The notes beneath the pieces are model-generated. The model saw nothing but the letters and a program-made list of their open reading frames with translations, was not told the DNA's origin and did no database searches. A DNA stretch of 63,989 nt, the filler included, from Diploschistes diacapsis (taxonomy: Eukaryota), in assembly GCA_023645945.1 (NCBI GenBank). It is 6 parts of 6 records of this genome, joined end to end, with 100 filler letters (N's around TTAATTAATTAA, not from the genome) between each part and the next. Parts side by side here need not be neighbours in the genome. Positions count along the whole stretch, not along the records: positions 58,148 to 63,989 come from JALAIB010001472.1; 5 more parts are not named here. One strand, given 5' to 3'. Both the position numbers and the translations under genes were made by a program. This document shows positions 61,935 to 63,989 of the stretch, piece by piece. The first letter of the stretch is position 1. Every line of letters begins with the position of its first letter.

Positions 61935-62932
61935 TTACGCATCTGCTAGCAACCTTTCTTCCACCCCATCCAAAATTGACCAATGCTCCAAGACTTCGAG
62001 GTTCTCAGCTTCACCTTTGAACAGTTTATCGGGGTCTTGTCCTGGCTGGAACATGTTCGCAGCGGGATTGATCTGTGCCATCTGTGATGCCGTTTGTGAT
62101 GCAGCTAAAGAAGCTTCAGCAGTGAACCTATTACTAGGTTTAAAAGATTCACCATTGTCGTTCCCAAGAATGAATATGAAGATTGGCTGCAAGCCGAACA
62201 GATTGAGGAAATACCATGAAAGTGATGAAACCCACCGCACGTCCAGGTCCCTTGTTGCAACTCCCGACTGCAGCATGGACTTGAATCGTAGGGTCAAGGG
62301 AAATGGAAGCTTCACTGACAACGCGAGTTAGCCTGATTCGTAAAAGAATGGATTAGAACAGCTCGGGTGGCAAGAATTCTGGGACGTACAAATCACAAAG
62401 CCTGCAAAAAATGCATTGATCCAACTCATGATGAGTGTTTGAGGTATCATCATCATCATGTTCCCCTTCATCATTCCCATCATCCCTTCCATGGCCGATG
62501 GATCCGTCATAGGGTTTGCAACAGGTTTACCTCGGTTTTCTGGATCTCTCAAATATGCGCCTTCCTTGAATGCCTGTACGAGATAGTCTTTCCTTAAGAT
62601 AAAAGCAGTTTGCGAGAGCTGCGGGTAATTGTGGCAAAGGTTGATTCCACGCAGGAGGGAACGCTGCTCTCGAAGTATTGCAGGCGTTCCCGACTTAGGG
62701 GTCGTTCCTAGTAGGGTGGCTGCATAATGTCGAAGAACTCCGGTCAACACCTTCGATCATTGCATCAGTGCTTGCAAGATTGAGTGTGGATAATGTACCA
62801 TGACAATTGTGATTGGAAATAGAATCCAATAGCTACGGAGGTTGATGAGTATCCGAATACCACAATACAACGCCTTTGATCTTACAAGAGACCCGGATCC
62901 CGGTGAATAGACTGTATTGCCCGATGAGACAT
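61935..62932 (-). CDS. EMC3: ER membrane protein complex subunit 3
   Basis: IHRDP.L/YWILFPITIV; LTGVLRHY; MKGNMMMMIPQTLIMSWINAFF; KLPFPLTLRFKSMLQSGV...LDVRWVSSLSWYFL; several introns. Confidence 0.95.
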
Positions 62933-63147
62933 CTCACAGGGATTGGTAGTTCCTTAAAGAATGCGAAGGAGGTTGTCCTGTAAATATGTAGCGTAGAACA
63001 TTGGCATCTAAGAAGACATTAGGCTCCGCAACAAACCTCGTAGCTTTGAAGCGCAGATTTCAATTTGGGTAGGTTTTGCTGATGACAAAGCAGGCGTAGG
63101 CGCCGGGACGTCGGTCGGAATTTAAAAAGAGTCGGCCTCTACTAGAT

Positions 63148-63989
63148 TAACGCGTTTGAGGGTCTATCGGGCTATCCCCCCCCCCTCTCCGGTCACTTCA
63201 AATCATTACCGCATTCATTTTACAGTTCGTACATATGACTTATTCGTTATAATCGGAAGCTAATCGATATATTTCGTATCTACTTTCTTTTCTCGATATT
63301 ATTAAAAGGAGAGGATATTTTTTTGGCGTCATAAATGGTTTCGAATTCAATGGATCCGAATAATGTACTTAATGATTTTTAGAATTTCGTTTATATTACA
63401 TGTAAAACTCTTTTGATTTAATTTGTTATTGGATTTACTTTTTTTATAACGTGTTTAATGAGGAACTCGGCCACCCTGAGAACTCGGTTACCTCAAATCA
63501 CTACCGCCCTTATTCTACGGTTTATATATATAATCTATCCGTTATAACCGAATTTAATCGATTGTTATGATCTCTATCTCTATAAAGTAGACTGAACATC
63601 ACGAAAAGTTTTTGGCGGCGAAACACCGCGAAAATCCGCGAAGTTGGCGAAACTGGCGAAACCGGCGAGATGGGCGACAGATAATACGTTTAAGCGACTT
63701 GCCGTGTTTCGCCAAAAGGTTTGGCGAAACACGGCAAAACCGGCGAAACCGGCGAAACTGACGAAACTAGCAAAACAAGCGAAACCGGCGAAGATGACGA
63801 GGACAATCATTTTTTTACTAATATATTACGTAAGCAAAAAAATTAATAATTATAATATAATATTAATTAAATAATAATTATATAACGTATACGTATAGCG
63901 AGCGGATACTTATAGCGAACGGATACTTCCTATCCGATTTTACGAACTTTTAATTTTATATTAATTTTCTACGCGTATGATTATAGAAT
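63148..63989. mobile_element. Nest of AT-rich DNA transposon relics, including three pogo/Fot1-like left ends
   Basis: TA|ACGC at 63148; TA|ACGT at 63447 with GAACTCGGYYACC x2; TA|ACGT at 63883 with TATAGCGARCGGATACTT x2; strong TpA enrichment. Confidence 0.7.
63615..63793. repeat. Clusters of short GGCGAAAC-like direct repeats (probable subterminal repeats)
   Basis: More than a dozen (C/T)GGCGAAA-like 9-mers in two clusters inside AT-rich DNA. Confidence 0.75.

Noticed and set aside
58500..63148. MscS and EMC3 as cargo of a composite transposon
   Set aside because: The flanking ends belong to different families and are oriented with element bodies outside the gene block
63580..63874. ORFs encoding AKP/FAG repeats
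   Set aside because: Translation artefacts of the 9-nt DNA repeat within transposon relics

Overview
Filamentous ascomycete (Pezizomycotina) genomic DNA with short spliceosomal introns. The window is six contigs joined by artificial 100-bp N44-TTAATTAATTAA-N44 spacers, so gene adjacency across spacers is meaningless. Contig 1 (1-29600) carries hex1, a conserved hypothetical gene, COA5/PET191 and WBP1, then a co-oriented secondary-metabolite cluster: MFS exporter, ACC-synthase-like PLP enzyme, signal-less LIP-family hydrolase and a ~3267-aa highly reducing PKS ending in a carnitine-acyltransferase domain. The ~7-kb contigs hold mostly housekeeping genes (SERINC, GH125, SWI3/RSC8, ETF-alpha, RIB5, DUF829, arrestin-like, GT61, NAT3, SVP26, MscS, EMC3) and AT-rich pogo/Fot1 transposon ends. 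The most striking unexplained feature is at ~54.5-57.3 kb. A small basic ORF is followed on the + strand by two different tandem arrays of structured-RNA-like modules: 9 x 51-nt pseudoknot-like units and 8-10 x ~120-nt three-hairpin units. Their stems covary between copies while loops and geometry are conserved, and the unit is bracketed by + strand splice signals. All calls are by eye; no database searches were run.
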